A stretch of 64,000 bases of DNA, from assembly GCF_028641065.1 (NCBI RefSeq), contig NC_073407.1:124001-188000 (forward strand), read 5' to 3'. The notes under the pieces were generated by a model. It made no database searches, was not told the origin of the DNA, and was given only the letters and a program-made list of their open reading frames with translations. Shown one piece after another: positions 61,519 through 64,000 of this stretch. A program made the translations under genes and the position numbers. The DNA comes from Leucoraja erinacea (lineage: Eukaryota). Position 1 is the first letter of the stretch; every line of letters starts with the position of its first letter.

Positions 61519-63220
61519 AGAAAGGAAAAAGGAGGAGGAGCCCGAAGGCTGGGGGATGGGAGGAGACAGCAGGGGGACTGAGGAAGGGGAGGAGATAGCA
61601 AGGACTAACAAAATTGGGAGAATTCGATGTTCATGCCCCCAGGATGCAGAATCCCCAAGCGGAATATGAGGTGCTGTTCCTCCAATTTCCGGTGCTGCTC
61701 GCTGTGGCCATGGAGGAGACCCAGGACAGAGAGGTCGGAGATGGAGTGGGAGGGGGAGTTGAAGTGCTGAGCCACCGGGAGGTCAGCTTGGTTATTGCGG
61801 ACCGAGCGGAGGTGTTCGGCGAAACGATCGCTCAACCTCCGCTTGGTCTCACCGATATAGATCTGCTGACATCTAGAACAGTGGATGCAATAGATGAGGT
61901 TGGAGGAGGTGCAGGTGAACCTCCGTCGCACCTGGAACGACTGCTTGGGTCCTTGAACGGAGTCGAGGGGGGAGGTAAAGGGACAAGTGTTGCATCTCTT
62001 GTGGTTGCAAGGGAAAGTGCCCGGGGAGGGGGTGGTACGAGAGGGAAGGGAAGAATTGATGAGGGAGTTATGGAGGGAGCGGTCTTTGCGGAAGGCAGAT
62101 ATGGAGGGAGATGGGAAGATGTGGCAAGTGGTGGGGTCATGTTGGAGGTGACGAAACTGACGGAGGAATACTTTTTGTATGTGACGGCTGGTGGGGTGAA
62201 AGGTGAGGACTAGGGGGACTCTGCCATTGTTGCGAGTGGGGGGATGGGGAGAGAGAGCAGTGTTGCGGGGTATGGAAGAGACCCTGGTGTGAGACTCATC
62301 TATGGTGGAGGAGGGGAATCCACGTTCCCTGAATAATGAGGACATTTCAAATGTCCTGGTGTGGAACGCCTCATCCGTGGAACAGATGCGGCATAGACGG
62401 AGGAATTGGGAGTAGGGGATGGAGTCCTTACAGGAAGCTGGGTGGGAAGAAGTGTAGTCCAGATAGCCATTGGAGTCAGTGGGTTTATAGTGGATGTCGG
62501 TCAGAAGCCTATCACCTGCAATGGAGATAGTGAGGTCAAGGAATGGTAGGGAAGTGTCGGAAATGGTCCAGGTGTATATTTGAGTGCCGGATGGAAGTTA
62601 GTGGTGAAGTGGATTAAGTCAGTCAGTTGTGTGCGGGTGCAGGAGGTGGCACCAAAGCAGTCATCGATGTAGCGGAGGTTGAGGTCGGGGATGGGGCCCT
62701 GGTATGTATTGAACAAGGATTGCGTGGCGTAACCGACAAATAGGCAGGCATAGCTGGGGCCCATGCGCGTGCCCATAGCTACGCCTTGTATTTGGAGGAA
62801 ATGGGAGGAGTCGAACATGAAGTTATTGAGGGTAAGGACCAGCTCCGCAATGCGGAGGAGAGTGTCAATGGCTGGGTATAGATTGCTTCTCTGGTCGAGG
62901 AAGAACCGGAGGGCTATGAGACCATCGTGGTGGGGGATGGAGGTGTAGAGTGAGTCCTTGCTATCTCCTCCCCTTCCTCAGTCCCCCTGCTGTCTCCTCC
63001 TATCCCCCAGCCTTCGGGCTCCTCCTCCTTTTCCCTTTCTTGTCCCCACCCACCCCCGCCCCCCCCCCCCCCCCCCCCACCCCCGATCAGTCTGAAGAAG
63101 GGTTTCGGCCGGAAACGTTGCCTATTTCCTTCGCTCCATAGATGCTGCTGCACCCGTTGAGTTTCTCCAGCTTTTTTGTGTACCTTCGATTTTCCAGCAT
63201 CTGCAGTTCCTTCTTAAACA
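61519..63220 (-). mobile_element. Penelope-like element with inverted terminal copy (pLTR) at 62950-63220
   Basis: GVAMGTRMGPSYACLF, YIDD, GIY-YIG; 62953-63040 is the reverse complement of 61519-61607. Confidence 0.92.
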
Positions 63221-64000
63221 TTCAGAATATGGAGTTCAGTTCTGGGAAAGATATTGTCAATCTTGAAACGGTTTAGAATAGATTTATGAGGATGTTTCCA
63301 GGATTAGAGGGTATGAGCTATAGGGGGAGGGGGGGGGGGGATGGGTTGAGTAACATAGAAACATAGAAAATAGGTGCAGAGGGAAGCCATTCAGCCCTTC
63401 GAGCCAACACCGCCATTCGTGATCATGACTGATCATCCCCAATCAATAACCCGTGCCTGCCTTCTCCCCATATCCCTTGATTCCACTAGCCCCTAGAGCT
63501 CAAACTAACTCTCTCTTAAATCCACCCAGTGACTTGGCCTCTGTGGCAGGGAATTCCACAAATTCAAAACTCTCCGGGTGAAAAAGGTTGTTCTCACCTC
63601 AATTCACAGCTCTCTGGGAGAAAACGTGTTTTCTCACCTCAGTAGGCTGGGTCTCTATTCCATGGAGCATAGGAGAATGAGTGGAAATGTTATAGAGTTA
63701 TACAAAATCATGAGAGGAATAGATCGGGTAGATGCACAGTCTTTACCCAGAGTAGGGGAATCGAGGAGCACAGGACATAGGTTCAAGAGGAAATATTTAA
63801 ATGGAATCCGAGAGGTAACTCGCTGCCAGAGGAGGTAGATGAGACCAGGACTATCCCATCGTTTAGGAAACGGTTGGACAGGTACATGGATAGGACGGGT
63901 TTGGAGGATTATGGAACAAGCGCAGGCAAGTGTGACTGATGTAGCTACATTATTGGCCAGTGTGGGCGAGATGTGCCGAAGGGCCTGTTTCCCCACTGTA
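63221..64000. mobile_element. CR1 fragments (plus strand, with minus-strand insert 63352-63640)
   Basis: CR1 3' motifs on both strands. Confidence 0.8.

Noticed and set aside
60071-64000. VH, D or JH segments and RSS upstream of CH1
   Set aside because: No WGxG J motif or heptamer-spacer-nonamer seen; the region is PLE/CR1. Isolated CACAGTG/CACTGTG elsewhere (e.g. ~1665, ~49159, ~51329) lack a nonamer.
1-64000. CRISPR arrays, rRNA, tRNA genes
   Set aside because: None seen; tRNA-like A/B boxes belong to V-SINE heads.

Overview
Vertebrate genomic DNA from a cartilaginous fish, probably a skate or ray. The basis is HER1/CR1 LINEs, HE1/V-SINEs and an elasmobranch-type IgM tail. The only clear host gene is an apparently intact immunoglobulin mu heavy-chain constant region on the minus strand: CH1 60070-59774, CH2 57320-57009, CH3 56752-56450, CH4+secretory tail 55939-55548, TM1 49877-49750 and TM2 49614-49606. 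All introns are GT-AG with compatible phases. The V-D-J segments must lie beyond position 64000. Most of the remainder is nested transposons: many CR1, two L2, Rex1/Babar, Penelope-like elements (PLEs) with hammerhead-like tails, a decayed class I ERV (integrase end, env, LTR), Helitrons, a DIRS-like fragment, Tc1 and hAT remnants. The most interesting observations are: (1) three 28-32 bp palindromic micro-transposons, each with a perfect 8-bp target-site duplication (TSD); (2) an Arg in the IgM transmembrane WTTAST patch (WTTART); (3) long hairpins and hammerhead-like motifs inside the IgM transcript; (4) a Helitron carrying nested fold-back repeats; (5) an unexplained diverged ~1.2-1.3 kb tandem unit at the window start. 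Exon, TSD and hairpin coordinates were read base by base. Most transposon boundaries are approximate, and family names come from recognised motifs, not database searches.
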